NCBI GenBank assembly: GCA_038841535.1 | Contig: JAWBTQ010000003.1 | Location: 1 to 64,000 of the forward strand | From: Sulfolobales archaeon | Lineage (GTDB): Archaea > Thermoproteota > Thermoprotei_A > Sulfolobales > NBVN01 | Reading direction: 5' to 3' | DNA length: 64,000 nt | In this document: positions 1-9,820 of the stretch, piece by piece | How positions within the stretch are numbered: the first letter of the stretch is position 1 | Layout: every line of letters begins with the position of its first letter | Program-made: the position numbers and the translations under genes | The notes under the pieces: model-generated | Seen by the model: only the letters and a program-made list of their open reading frames with translations | The model's database searches: none | What the model was told of the DNA's origin: nothing

Positions 1-1
1 C

Positions 2-313
2 ACTATAAGCTACGAAGCTCTCGAGAGAAGACTGTTGGTTAGCTACGTTAACCCAATGAAGACATCATCAACATGTCCGAAATGTGGAAGCAGGTTAGAG
101 GATAGCGGTGGTAGAGTACTGAGATGCGGTAGATGTGGACTCACAGGAGATAGAGATGTGATCGCATGCATAAACCTGTTCTACAGGTACTCAAGATGTG
201 GGGGTCTAGGGGTGCCCCTGAACGCCCCCAAGCCCGATGAAAACCCGAGCGGAATGCGGGGGAAAAGAGATGAAGCAATGACATCAACTTACATAAACCT
301 ACATCAGAGCTGA
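2..313 (+). CDS. tnpB: TnpB (IS200/IS605/IS607 OrfB) RNA-guided nuclease, 3' part only
   Basis: Frame open from window edge: ...VNPMKTSSTCPKCG..RCGRCG..DRDVIACINL = zinc ribbon plus RuvC-III Asp. Confidence 0.9.
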   Translation, partial: TISYEALERRLLVSYVNPMKTSSTCPKCGSRLEDSGGRVLRCGRCGLTGDRDVIACINLFYRYSRCGGLGVPLNAPKPDENPSGMRGKRDEAMTSTYINLHQS

Positions 314-318
314 ACCCC
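189..318 (+). ncRNA. Putative omega RNA scaffold / element right end overlapping tnpB 3' end
   Basis: Segment ACTCAAGATGTGGGG...GAGCTGAACCCC recurs in the mini-elements at 1.0, 7.4, 14.4 and 23.2 kb; contains GATGA..CCGA K-loop-like motif. Confidence 0.7.
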
Positions 319-480
319 TGAGCAGTTTGCTAGAGAGAAGGTTCCAACCTCTAAATAGTTTCGATATGAGACTTTAGTACAGGCCTAGACAAGTACCTCG
401 CACACTCCCTATCCTTGTACATCCTTTATACCTTCATAGTTAAACTTATATATCTTCGTAGTAAAGCCTTAGGGGTGCGT

Positions 481-825
481 ATGTCTAACCCTGAGGTTAG
501 TGAAGAGGAGAGGATCTGGGGCTTTATAGCGTGGCTAATACCGCTGATCGGTGGGGTGCTTGTCTTAGTCCTAAAGCCTGGGTATAGGTTTGCGAAACAC
601 TGGGCCCACCTCTCTATATCCTTCTTTATAGCGATAGTGCTCTTGGGGGTAGTCTCAGCTGTTATAGGGTTGATACCCTTCATAGGGTGGGTCATCTCTA
701 CACTACTGTGGATTGCTGTAGTAATAGTGTGGATCATGGGCATAGTGAAGTCTCTCGGCAGAGAGCTATGGAAACCCCCCGTAATATACGACCTAGCTAA
801 GGTCCTAGGCATAGAGAGGATCTGA
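481..825 (+). CDS. DUF4870/Tic20-like small membrane protein
   Basis: 3 hydrophobic helices; ATG at 481 behind GGGGTG SD. Confidence 0.7.
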   Translation: MSNPEVSEEERIWGFIAWLIPLIGGVLVLVLKPGYRFAKHWAHLSISFFIAIVLLGVVSAVIGLIPFIGWVISTLLWIAVVIVWIMGIVKSLGRELWKPPVIYDLAKVLGIERI

Positions 826-849
826 ACAGGAATACCGCAAGAAGTTTTT

Positions 850-1650
850 CTCCTCAACAATCTCCAGACTTGTTTATACGTGAAACTATGGCTACTTATT
901 GAAGAGGTTGAACAGGTCTCAGAGTGCCATAGATGTAGCCGACACCAAGGACTTTACCGTACTCGCGTTAGCGAACAGCCTCCCAGTCGACGTGCCTTGA
1001 GCAGCTGTTTCGGGTTTCACATCTCTTCATATTTGTTTATGTGGATGGGGGCGCTTGTAAGTACTCTATGTGTAGTGGTGTGTGGAGATAGTTCGATGAG
1101 GGGTCGAGAGCTCCCTAGGGGCTCTCCCCGAGTTACTCAAGATGTGGGGTGCCCGTGGTCACCCCGAACGCCCCCGAGCCTGATGAGAACCCGAGAAGAA
1201 TGCGGGGGAACAGAGATGAGGCAATGAAACCAACCTATGTGAACTTACATCAGAGCTGAACCCCCGTCTATGTCCCCGGCATCGGAAGACCGCAATCTGT
1301 CTATTGTTAGCGGTAGCGACGAACAACATATAGATGTGCTTCGCCTTCATTATGGCAGCATAGCTGAAGACTTGTCCCAGCACCACTGTCAAGCTATACT
1401 TCCAGAAGCTATGTACGATGGGCCTGCTGGTGGGCGTGATAAGGGGGCCCGGCAGAGGGCCTGCTTGGAGTTCGCCGAGACCAGCTAGAAGAGCATCTCT
1501 GCTAATTAGCCCATATCCTCCAAGCCCTCCTCAACGCTTCTAAAGCCTTGGGGTACAATCTGTCAGCCGTCTTCAGCAGGTTCCCTTACCTGGCCTCCGA
1601 TATCATCTTCAGGTCTAGGCTCTCGAACCACACCAGCTATTATCAGAACT
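850..1650 (-). pseudogene. Decayed gene resembling a restriction-enzyme (HsdR_N-like) N-terminus, interrupted by a mini-element; limits approximate
   Basis: Fragments VLGQVFSYA..FVATANNRQIAVF and HVDWEAVR*REYGKV with stops and frameshifts. Confidence 0.3.
1012..1264 (+). mobile_element. tnpB-derived non-autonomous mini-element (type 1)
   Basis: Follows CTGTTTC; ends GGGTTTCACATCT...AGAGCTGAACCCC (imperfect TIR, 10/13); 3' half homologous to 189-318. Confidence 0.85.
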
Positions 1651-1741
1651 GAAAGAGTTACTGCTCTACATAAAAATGCTTCACGAATGCGAGAGGGGAC
1701 TGTGAAACGGTGAGTTTATAAGTAATCAGATCCCTTGGGAG

Positions 1742-1820
1742 TGGTGCGGCGGCCGGGATTTGAACCCGGGATCTCCGGCGTGGAAGGCCGGCGTCCTAGA
1801 CCAGGCTAGACGACCGCCGC
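1742..1820 (-). tRNA. tRNA-Gly(TCC)
   Basis: Cloverleaf GCGGCGG..CCGGC CTTCCAC GCCGG..GGTTCAAATCC..ACCA. Confidence 0.97.
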
Positions 1821-1928
1821 CAAAATGTTTGGACTCTGAGGCATAAAAACGTTGCTTTAAGTAGTAAGGCTAGTGCTATTGTAGAGCGGGCTCAGTCTAA
1901 GTTAACTGCTAATTTGAGCTCTTGGGCA

Positions 1929-2582
1929 ATGTCTTCTGGTGGTAGCTTGAGTGGCTTAAGTGTTGAGGTCCTTAGAGAGCGTTTAGCTAATCTTGAGGTA
2001 GCCCGAGCCAATCTTATTGATATTGGAAAAGAGGTCACCCATTTGTCAAAGAGAGCTATCTCAAGCACTCTAAAGAAAGACCGAGTTAGTGCTGACGGTA
2101 TTCTGAGTGAACTAAGTAGAGTATTCCGATCGCTATTAGAGAACGTTTCTCCCTATCCAGAGCTTTACTACTCTAACCACTTTTACTCAGTAGCAGCAGA
2201 GTACGTTGAAGCCATTCAGTTTTACTCAATAGTCTTTGATGAGAGGCTTAAGGATCTCGAGGAGATAGGTGTCCATCCGATACCTTACATCATGGGGAGT
2301 ATCGACCTAATAGGAGAGCTGAAGAGAGGGTCACTAGAGCTCCTTAGAAAGGAAGAGTACGCAGAGAGCTTCAGGTATTTCGAGATTGCGGAAGAAATAT
2401 ACGAAGAACTATCGGATATAGACTTCGCTGACACGATAATCCCCGGCTTTAGAAGGAAGCTAGACATATACCGAAAGGTTATCGACGACTGGAGACTTCT
2501 ATTAATCGATATTGAGTCGAGAATTAAACTCGAGAAAGCGTGTAGAGAAGCAGAGAAGCGCTTCGGGTCGTATGCTTTATAA
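1929..2582 (+). CDS. Translin/TRAX (C3PO)-family protein
   Basis: Helical protein with EYVEA and YIMGSIDLIGELKR motifs. Confidence 0.8.
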   Translation: MSSGGSLSGLSVEVLRERLANLEVARANLIDIGKEVTHLSKRAISSTLKKDRVSADGILSELSRVFRSLLENVSPYPELYYSNHFYSVAAEYVEAIQFYSIVFDERLKDLEEIGVHPIPYIMGSIDLIGELKRGSLELLRKEEYAESFRYFEIAEEIYEELSDIDFADTIIPGFRRKLDIYRKVIDDWRLLLIDIESRIKLEKACREAEKRFGSYAL

Positions 2583-2617
2583 TGAAAGGACTTAGTCTAA
2601 AGATGAGGGGGTAGTGA

Positions 2618-3895
2618 GTGTCTGAGTTCGTAATAGAGTACGTGAGAGCTCTGCAGGTGTTAGACTCTAGGGGGGACCCTACTGTTGAAGTAAGTGTAGT
2701 AACAAGGGGTGGAGGCTATGGTAGAGGAATAGCTCCAGCTGGAGCGTCGAGGGGGCTCAGGGAGGCCGTAGAGGCTAGAGACGGTGGTAGTAAGTACTTG
2801 GGTAGAGGTGTTGAAAGAGCTGTAGAAGCTGTAAACAAGTACATAGCACCAGCGATAACAGGGATGAGCTCTTATAAATTCCGCGAGGTAGATAGGAAGA
2901 TCCTAGAGATTGATGGAACACAAAATAAGTCAAGGCTAGGCGGTAACGCTACAACAGCTACCTCTCTAGCCGTAATAAACGCAGCAGCAGATACGGCTGG
3001 AGTACCGCTATTTGAGTTCCTGGGGGGGAGAAGAGCGAGAGTTCTGCCGACCCCACTAATGAATATCATTAACGGTGGAGCGCACGCAGGTAACGAGCTC
3101 TCGTTTCAAGAGTTTATGATCGTGCCTGTAGGAGCCTCAACTTTTTCCGAAGCTATTAGAGTAGTGGTAGAGATATACAAAACCCTTAAGAACTACTTAA
3201 AGAGGACCTACGGACCAGCTGCTATTAACGTAGGTGATGAAGGTGGATTCGCTCCGCCCATGAGGAAAGTGAGGGAGGCGTTAGAGTCTATAGTAAAAGC
3301 TACTTCAGAAGCTGGCTACAGAGCTGGTGAGGACGTGCTTCTCGCCGTCGATGTAGCAGCGTCACAGATCTATAGAGATGGACTATACTCCGTTGACGGT
3401 AACTCTATAGACGGTATTAGGCTATTAGAACTCTACACTAACCTCATCGACGAGTTTCCTATAGCTAGCATAGAAGACCCCTTTGCCGAGGACCACCCCC
3501 AGTACTTCCAAGAACTCAAACTAGGTCTTAAGGGCAGAGCACTAATTATAGGAGACGACTTAACGGTTACCAACGCAAGCCTAATATCTAGGTATCTCTT
3601 TGAGAACGCGGTAGATGGTGCCGTAATCAAGGTCAACCAAGTCGGAACATTTACGGAAGCTGAGGAGGCCATAGAGCTCCTCAAGCAATATAATGGCAAA
3701 GCCATAGTTAGTCACAGGAGCGGTGAAACAGAGGACACTACGATAGCTCATGTAGCGGTAGCCTACGGGACTGGTCTAATAAAGACTGGTGCTCCCGCTA
3801 GAGGTGAGAGAACATCTAAATACAACGAGCTGCTCAGAATAGAGGATTACCTCTCTGGAGAGGCTGTATACGCCGGTAAGAGAGCGCTTAAGTAG
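2618..3895 (+). CDS. eno: Enolase
   Basis: DSRGDPTVE, GDEGGFAP, SHRSGETED, IKTGAPARGER. Confidence 0.98.
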   Translation: MSEFVIEYVRALQVLDSRGDPTVEVSVVTRGGGYGRGIAPAGASRGLREAVEARDGGSKYLGRGVERAVEAVNKYIAPAITGMSSYKFREVDRKILEIDGTQNKSRLGGNATTATSLAVINAAADTAGVPLFEFLGGRRARVLPTPLMNIINGGAHAGNELSFQEFMIVPVGASTFSEAIRVVVEIYKTLKNYLKRTYGPAAINVGDEGGFAPPMRKVREALESIVKATSEAGYRAGEDVLLAVDVAASQIYRDGLYSVDGNSIDGIRLLELYTNLIDEFPIASIEDPFAEDHPQYFQELKLGLKGRALIIGDDLTVTNASLISRYLFENAVDGAVIKVNQVGTFTEAEEAIELLKQYNGKAIVSHRSGETEDTTIAHVAVAYGTGLIKTGAPARGERTSKYNELLRIEDYLSGEAVYAGKRALK

Positions 3896-4072
3896 TAACA
3901 GTCAAATCAGTAAATAGATAAAAAAGTTACTTAAATACATGAATACTCTTTCTATGGATAGAAATAGCTTGACCGATTTAGGAGAAGCCTTAGAGCATTG
4001 AGAGCTACGAGGCCCATTAGGCCGCAGCTTTATAAGTAAGCAGGAGACGAGCACTAAGACCGGGGGTAGTAA

Positions 4073-4330
4073 GTGGGTATCGAAACTGTAGTAGAGACCT
4101 TTAAGAGTATTGTTGGACCGTTCACAAAACTATTTGAGGGTGTTAGTCCAGCTAGTACTGCTGCTGCAGTCGGCCTGATAATCCTGCTTTTCATGGCCGG
4201 ATTTTACGCTATCTATGGACTAGTAAAGCTGGGGAAGCTTGTATGGAACCTTAGGGTAAAGAGCGTTACGGTAGGGTTGACTCTACTAGGAATAACCCTC
4301 ATAGCACTAGCTATATTACTGCCCTACTAG
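4073..4330 (+). CDS. Small 2-TM membrane protein, unknown function
   Basis: TATA (TTTATAAG) and GGGGGT SD upstream; hydrophobic ORF. Confidence 0.7.
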   Translation: MGIETVVETFKSIVGPFTKLFEGVSPASTAAAVGLIILLFMAGFYAIYGLVKLGKLVWNLRVKSVTVGLTLLGITLIALAILLPY

Positions 4331-4453
4331 AAATCTAAAAACTCGTGGTGTCACGATCTTCAGGAGCCTCTAAAGTTAAGCTAGATCTTTAGTGGCAAGT
4401 AGTGAGCTAGGTAGCTATATAGGTTTCCCACTAAAGTAACTTGGGTTGGTATA

Positions 4454-5707
4454 ATGGAAAAAACTACTTACGTCTATGACGAGCTTCATGGGTACATAAA
4501 GCTGACTGGAGTTTTTAGGGACATCGTATCCACCAAGGTCTTTCAGAGGTTAAGAAGGATCAGGCAACTACCTTTCGCTTGGTACGTCTATCCTGGGGCA
4601 ACACACACCAGATTTTCGCATGCTCTCGGGTCTATGCATATAGCAGACACCGTTTCTCAAAGATTGTTCGAGAGTGGTTTCATCACCAAAGACGACGTGT
4701 CCTTAGTTAAAGTAAGTGCCTTACTTCACGATATAGGTCACGCACCTTATTCCCACTCCCTAGAGCCTCTGCTTATGGAGCTATGGAGTGTTGAGCCAGG
4801 CTATCTAGTAGAAACAGTTGTGTCTCAGGATCCCGAACTAAACGAAGTCATGGATAAGCACGGAATTAGCTCTAACGAAGTTGTTTCAGTCTTGAGAGGA
4901 AGGAGTAGCTCTAACATATTAAATGAAATGATCTCTAGCGACGTGGATGTTGATAGACTTGACTACCTACCTCGGGACGCATACCACACTGGAGTAGCTT
5001 ATGGAAAGATAGATCTACACAGGTTAGTACTGTTCTTAACTCCCGGTCCTTCGGGGATCGTTATACCACTTAAAGCACTCAATGCTCTTGAGAGCTTCTA
5101 CGTAGCTCGCTTACACATGTATAAGGCCGTGTACTACCATAAGACCATCACCGGATATCAGATACTACTTAGGAACGTATACTCCGAGCTCTGGAGGTAT
5201 AGGGAGCTTAGGGAGGTACTGGAGTCTTACATGAGTCCGCATGGCATACTAAAAGCCGTTAGAGAAGGTACTTACTATCTATGGGATGATTCACTAGTAT
5301 CTGGGTTACTAAATTATGCTCTCGTTAAAAGAGTGCTCTCGCCGGAAGCCGAAGACCTAGTGTTCAAGTTACTTAGTAGGAAGGGGTATAAGGCAGTCGT
5401 AAACGATGTCAGAATGTGCTGGAGCTATAGAGATGTAGCTACGAAAGCCGATGAGCTTAGAGCGTTTGTAGAGTCTGAGACCTCTCTAGCCCCACCCAAG
5501 GTGGCTCTCTTTGTCGAAGCAGTGCCAGTATATACTATTGAGAAGCCGGCTAGAGTTCTAGTAGATGGGAGGGAGTTTGGTATAGTGGACATAGAGGAAA
5601 GCATAATGCGTTTCCTGCCTCCCCTTACCTGCTTCATCAGGTTATACACGCTACCAGAATACGAAATGGATGTGAAGTCAGCCTTAACTAAGTTCCTTAA
5701 GCATTAA
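4454..5707 (+). CDS. HD-domain phosphohydrolase (dNTP triphosphohydrolase-like)
   Basis: FQRLRRIRQL, HTRFSHALG, LLHDIGH, DVDRLDYL. Confidence 0.92.
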   Translation: MEKTTYVYDELHGYIKLTGVFRDIVSTKVFQRLRRIRQLPFAWYVYPGATHTRFSHALGSMHIADTVSQRLFESGFITKDDVSLVKVSALLHDIGHAPYSHSLEPLLMELWSVEPGYLVETVVSQDPELNEVMDKHGISSNEVVSVLRGRSSSNILNEMISSDVDVDRLDYLPRDAYHTGVAYGKIDLHRLVLFLTPGPSGIVIPLKALNALESFYVARLHMYKAVYYHKTITGYQILLRNVYSELWRYRELREVLESYMSPHGILKAVREGTYYLWDDSLVSGLLNYALVKRVLSPEAEDLVFKLLSRKGYKAVVNDVRMCWSYRDVATKADELRAFVESETSLAPPKVALFVEAVPVYTIEKPARVLVDGREFGIVDIEESIMRFLPPLTCFIRLYTLPEYEMDVKSALTKFLKH

Positions 5708-6130
5708 GTAAGCGTCCTCACCGTTTGGGTAGTAACTAGGTAAGATATCGATTACTTTATAATTCAGCTTTTTATAAAGAGATATAGCTATCTTATTCTT
5801 GACTGAAACCTCGAGAACAACCCTCGAGATCCCGAGAGACTTAACTCTAGCTTCAAATTCTTTAATGAGGGCTTTACCTAAACCTTTACCTCGGTGGGCA
5901 CTACTAACGGCTATGGATACGAGGTGACCCCTCTCATTTCTTTCTATGGTTCCTACAGAATAACCTACAACCCTACTATCGCACTCGACCACGAGAAATA
6001 GCTGTGGAAACAGATTGTAGAACACGAGGAATAGTTGGCAGGGATATGGGTACGAAAATGATTCAAGCTCGATTTCACATACTCTCGCTAGATCCTCTCG
6101 CTTAAATTCTCTTACCAAACATCGAGACAC
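5684..6130 (-). CDS. rimI: RimI/Ard1-family N-acetyltransferase
   Basis: GHLVSIAV..RGKGLG, LEVSVKN, YYPNGEDAYLM. Confidence 0.9.
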   Translation of the reverse strand: MSRCLVREFKREDLARVCEIELESFSYPYPCQLFLVFYNLFPQLFLVVECDSRVVGYSVGTIERNERGHLVSIAVSSAHRGKGLGKALIKEFEARVKSLGISRVVLEVSVKNKIAISLYKKLNYKVIDILPSYYPNGEDAYLMLKELS

Positions 6131-6195
6131 CGTGTTCTACCGCTTAAATAAGTACGGCTTAACCTAAAGCTTAAGAGTTTCTCTAGGATCCCTAA

Positions 6196-7335
6196 TTGGT
6201 GGGGGAGATTAAGTACTGGGAGCTTCTAAGGCCAGACTCCTTGACCGTGTGGAGAAATAGAGTAGTTAAAGAAAAGCTCTCTTGGTACTACAACGTCATG
6301 GTGAACAAGGCTCCAGCTAAATTTGTTTTAGCTAGGTATGTGGGTACGAGAGATGACTTGAGTAAGGCAACCCTCGAGGAGCTTTGGGAGCTTCACGACA
6401 GCTTATCGAAGGATTTCGATAGGCTCCTTCTCCAAGTAAAGAGCTCGAAGATCTCTCTCGCTGAAGTTGCTAAACTCGACAAACCTAAGGTAAGCTATCT
6501 CGATGTAAAAATAGAGATCGCTAAGAGGATTTTGGAAGAATGCCGTTTTTGCGAGTGGAGATGCGGCGCTAACAGATTACAGGGCTTTAGAGGTTTTTGC
6601 CGTCTTGCTAATGAAACTTACGTCTCGTCGTATTTTCTGCACGTTGGAGAGGAGCCTCCTCTTGTCCCAAGTGGGACCATATTCTATGGCTCATGCAACT
6701 TCAGGTGTGTTTTCTGCCAGAACCACGACATCTCTCAGGAACACCCCTTTAGCGGTATTAAAGTTACCGCAGAGGATCTAGCGTCAATTCAAGACTACTT
6801 GAGGCTTGAGGGAGCGAGAAACATAAACCATGTAGGAGGAGAACCCACACCTAATATGTACACTATATTGAGCTCCTTAAAGTACGTGAAGAGTAACGTG
6901 CCTCAGCTATGGAACAGCAACATGTATCTCTCAGAAGAGTCTATGAGGTTACTCCTAGATGTGGTTGATATATGGCTTCCAGACTTTAAGTATGGTAACG
7001 ATTCCTGCGCTGCACGCCTCTCTTTAGTCAAAAACTACTTGAGTGTTGTCGCGAGAAACCTTAAATTTGTTTGCGATAGAGGTGACCCCATAATAATAAG
7101 GCACTTAGTAATGCCTAACCACTTAAATTGCTGCACTCAACCCATCTTAGAGTGGATTTCAAGAAACTGCTCTATAGCGCTCGTTAATGTCATGGGGCAG
7201 TACAGACCAGAGTACCTGGTTCTGAGATACCAAGAAAAGTATCCAGACATAGCGCGCAGATTAACTACGGACGAATTGCGTAGAGCGTACGATATAGCAA
7301 AGAATCTAGAATTAGATTTTGAAGATGTGAGCTGA
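6196..7335 (+). CDS. Radical SAM protein (PflX-like)
   Basis: CNFRCVFCQN, GGEPTP, DFKYGND. Confidence 0.9.
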   Translation: MVGEIKYWELLRPDSLTVWRNRVVKEKLSWYYNVMVNKAPAKFVLARYVGTRDDLSKATLEELWELHDSLSKDFDRLLLQVKSSKISLAEVAKLDKPKVSYLDVKIEIAKRILEECRFCEWRCGANRLQGFRGFCRLANETYVSSYFLHVGEEPPLVPSGTIFYGSCNFRCVFCQNHDISQEHPFSGIKVTAEDLASIQDYLRLEGARNINHVGGEPTPNMYTILSSLKYVKSNVPQLWNSNMYLSEESMRLLLDVVDIWLPDFKYGNDSCAARLSLVKNYLSVVARNLKFVCDRGDPIIIRHLVMPNHLNCCTQPILEWISRNCSIALVNVMGQYRPEYLVLRYQEKYPDIARRLTTDELRRAYDIAKNLELDFEDVS

Positions 7336-7387
7336 GCGTCCACGCATTAGTCGTGATAACAGCTCTAAAGTCCTGTAGAGTTGTTTC

Positions 7388-7672
7388 TGGTTTTGTATTG
7401 GTTTGTAGTGATTGATGCTACTCTCGGTAATGCGTTAGAGACACCTATAAACGTCTCAACAAAGAATAAAGCCTCTCGATGGGAGTGCGGGAGCTCGCGG
7501 GGGAGCTTAAAGTCGGCTCACCAGAGGGAGGCCACTGAAGTCAGTTACACAAGATGTAAAGTACCGTAGCCGCCCTGAATGCCCCAAGCCCTGTGAAATC
7601 CCGAGCGAAGTGCGGGGAAAGAGGTGGGGCAATAACATCACTCAGTATAAGCCAATACCAGAGCTGAACCCC
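7388..7672 (+). mobile_element. Degenerate type-1 mini-element
   Basis: Follows TTGTTTC; ends CCAGAGCTGAACCCC; diverged omega-like block 7548-7672. Confidence 0.7.
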
Positions 7673-7979
7673 GTAGCTTATCGGTGATGCATGTGAGTGT
7701 TCCCGTAGAGCTACTCAAGGTCTTAGGAAACAGGTTCGTGGCCGCAAAGAGGACGATAATCAGGGAGTACGTGAGGTACAAGATGTACCTCCAGGAGCAG
7801 TACAACGAGATATGGGGAGATAAAGAGGCAGGGGAAGCGGTGGACCTATTCATAATAGTGAGAGGATAGTCGTTTCCGGTAGACGCAAGATGATGGTCGT
7901 AAACAGTAAGTCAGTGTGATTTCCAAGTCTCACAGTGTCCCAGAACTTAGATGAAACTTCGATTAAGGGCTTTGGGAGT

Positions 7980-8024
7980 CTTCCACGCCGGAGATCCCGG
8001 GTTCAAACCCCGGTTGCCGCGCCA
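7980..8024 (+). repeat. 3' half of tRNA-Gly(TCC), att-like remnant
   Basis: 41/45 identical to the 3' part of the tRNA at 1742-1820, starting at the anticodon loop; inverted orientation. Confidence 0.8.
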
Positions 8025-8526
8025 GCTCTTAGCAAGTTAGCAATTTTAAACCAATTGTTTCGCAGACTTTTCTTACACTCATATAATGTATCTGCGTGAA
8101 GCAGTACCTCTATTGAGCCGCCGAGCTCGATAATCGCTTTTACCTCCCCCTACCCTAAAGTGCTGGTTTTGTTTACGAAAGTTGTGAGTAGACGATCTAC
8201 AGACTCAGGAAGACCTTTCCCATTCTCTCACTGTGCTTATAGGCTAACTCCCGCAAAAGGCTGTCTTGCTAAGAGGGGCGATCTAGATACATCAAGTACA
8301 AGCTTGGACAAAATGTTGGTAGTACACGAAGCATTACCCACGAAGTAAATGTGTGCCTCACGTCTTAAGGCTCAAGAGGCGTCAAAGCCCTAGGGAGAGT
8401 AGTTTATAGCAACAGCAGACTGTGGGAGAAAGCAATAGATTAGGAAAACTTACAACAACCAGGTGGAGCTGGAGACTCCGCTAGTAATTAAGTTACCTAA
8501 GCTATAATACTCTAGGGTATAGTATA

Positions 8527-8991
8527 GTGCTAAATACAGCAACTAGCACATACGATAGAAAATTACGTAAGTTTACTTCTCTTATCTCAAGAGTAGCTAG
8601 AGAATACGTAGAAGTACTGGAGGCAGTGCTCGTGGCTATACTGATATTACTCACTTTGATCGCCTTTGGAATACTCGTTAGAGACATAACATCTCTGAAG
8701 CTAGACTCTCCTCTCTCTGAGCTGCAAGTAGTTGTTTCCGATATTCTGGTTCTAGTCATATTAATAGAGCTGACACGAAGTTTCATTATATCTAGTCTTG
8801 GAGGTGAGAGGTACCTAGAGGGGTTCATTGAGATGGGGGTAATCATTTTAGTCAGAGAGGTCGCTGTAGCCGCGATGACTGCAAACGTACCTAATGCCTT
8901 GATGGCTAGTCTAGGGGTAACTCTGCTAATCGTGGCTCTCTGGGTAGCAAGAGAAAAAATCACGACTCCGCGACGAGAGAGGCAAGGTTAG
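8527..8991 (+). CDS. PsiE-family membrane protein
   Basis: 4 TM helices, LVILIEL..EMGVIILVREV pattern. Confidence 0.7.
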   Translation: MLNTATSTYDRKLRKFTSLISRVAREYVEVLEAVLVAILILLTLIAFGILVRDITSLKLDSPLSELQVVVSDILVLVILIELTRSFIISSLGGERYLEGFIEMGVIILVREVAVAAMTANVPNALMASLGVTLLIVALWVAREKITTPRRERQG

Positions 8992-9009
8992 ACAAGAAAA
9001 CCGGAAGTT

Positions 9010-9264
9010 TCGTTGAGCTCTCACACGACTATTCGTGAACCTCAGAAACTGTTTCACAACAAACGGCTATTCATAATCCCTCATCCTCGTTGATATCCGA
9101 CCTCCCAGCTGCATCTCAGTATTATCTCCGAAGCCCCCCATCGCGGTAGCTCAAACCTTGTCACTAGAGCTTTAAAGCCCTATGGCTCTCGGAATCCCGA
9201 AGACACTAGCACGTATACAAACATGCAAACTCGAAGGCCTACAAATACTGTGAGGGTCGGAACC
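9010..9264 (-). mobile_element. Highly degenerate mini-element (type-1-like)
   Basis: Minus strand TGTTTC|GGTTCCGACCCTCAC..., omega-like GATGGGGGGC and GAGGATGAGG, end GAGAGCTCAAC. Confidence 0.4.
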
Positions 9265-9361
9265 GAAACACCTAGAGAGTTGTAGACCGTGAGCAATTAG
9301 AGCATACAAACAAACCCGGAGATTTTTAAGAAGAAAACAACCCAGGGTCTCGAGCTGTTTC

Positions 9362-9614
9362 GTTGATAAGATTTACTAAGGTTTCTGTGGGAGTTTCGTG
9401 CTGGTGGAGAGGTTAACATCGTTGTGTGACTCTGTGTGGTGAGGGCATTTCTTCGAGCCGTCCAAAAAGTGAGATCTTAGGCCTAGGCGTGAACTCCGTG
9501 TGATTGGGCTCGAAGAGTGTCCATGACCCCCGCGCTTCACCGTGACTACCAGCCAAACCGCGCTGAGTCAAGGCATAACCCGCCCTAGAGAAACCAGCAG
9601 AGACCTAAGACAGG
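9362..9614 (+). mobile_element. Degenerate type-2 mini-element
   Basis: Follows CTGTTTC; CTAAGGTTTCTGTGG and GAAACCAGCAGAGACCTAAGACAGG resemble the ends of 63545-63715. Confidence 0.45.
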
Positions 9615-9820
9615 TAGTGGTTAACGGTAATTACTGATGCAGTAACCTGCGAACTCTCTGATCACGCGTAGCAACTAAAGCACTAAGAACAGTAGATAAA
9701 TCAACGCACCTTGCTGAGCAGCAATGTTTATTACTGTGACCTATTAGGTTCGTTGAAGCCTGAGCCGACGTCTTAATGGCTGCTATCAGTACTGAAGCTA
9801 TATAGTGTAACATCGTATTA

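Noticed and set aside
880-1227. 115-aa ORF with a TnpB-like tail
   Set aside because: It reads through a mini-element and is not a plausible gene.
7684-7869. Short ORF as integrase remnant next to the att-like site
   Set aside because: No recognisable tyrosine-recombinase motifs.
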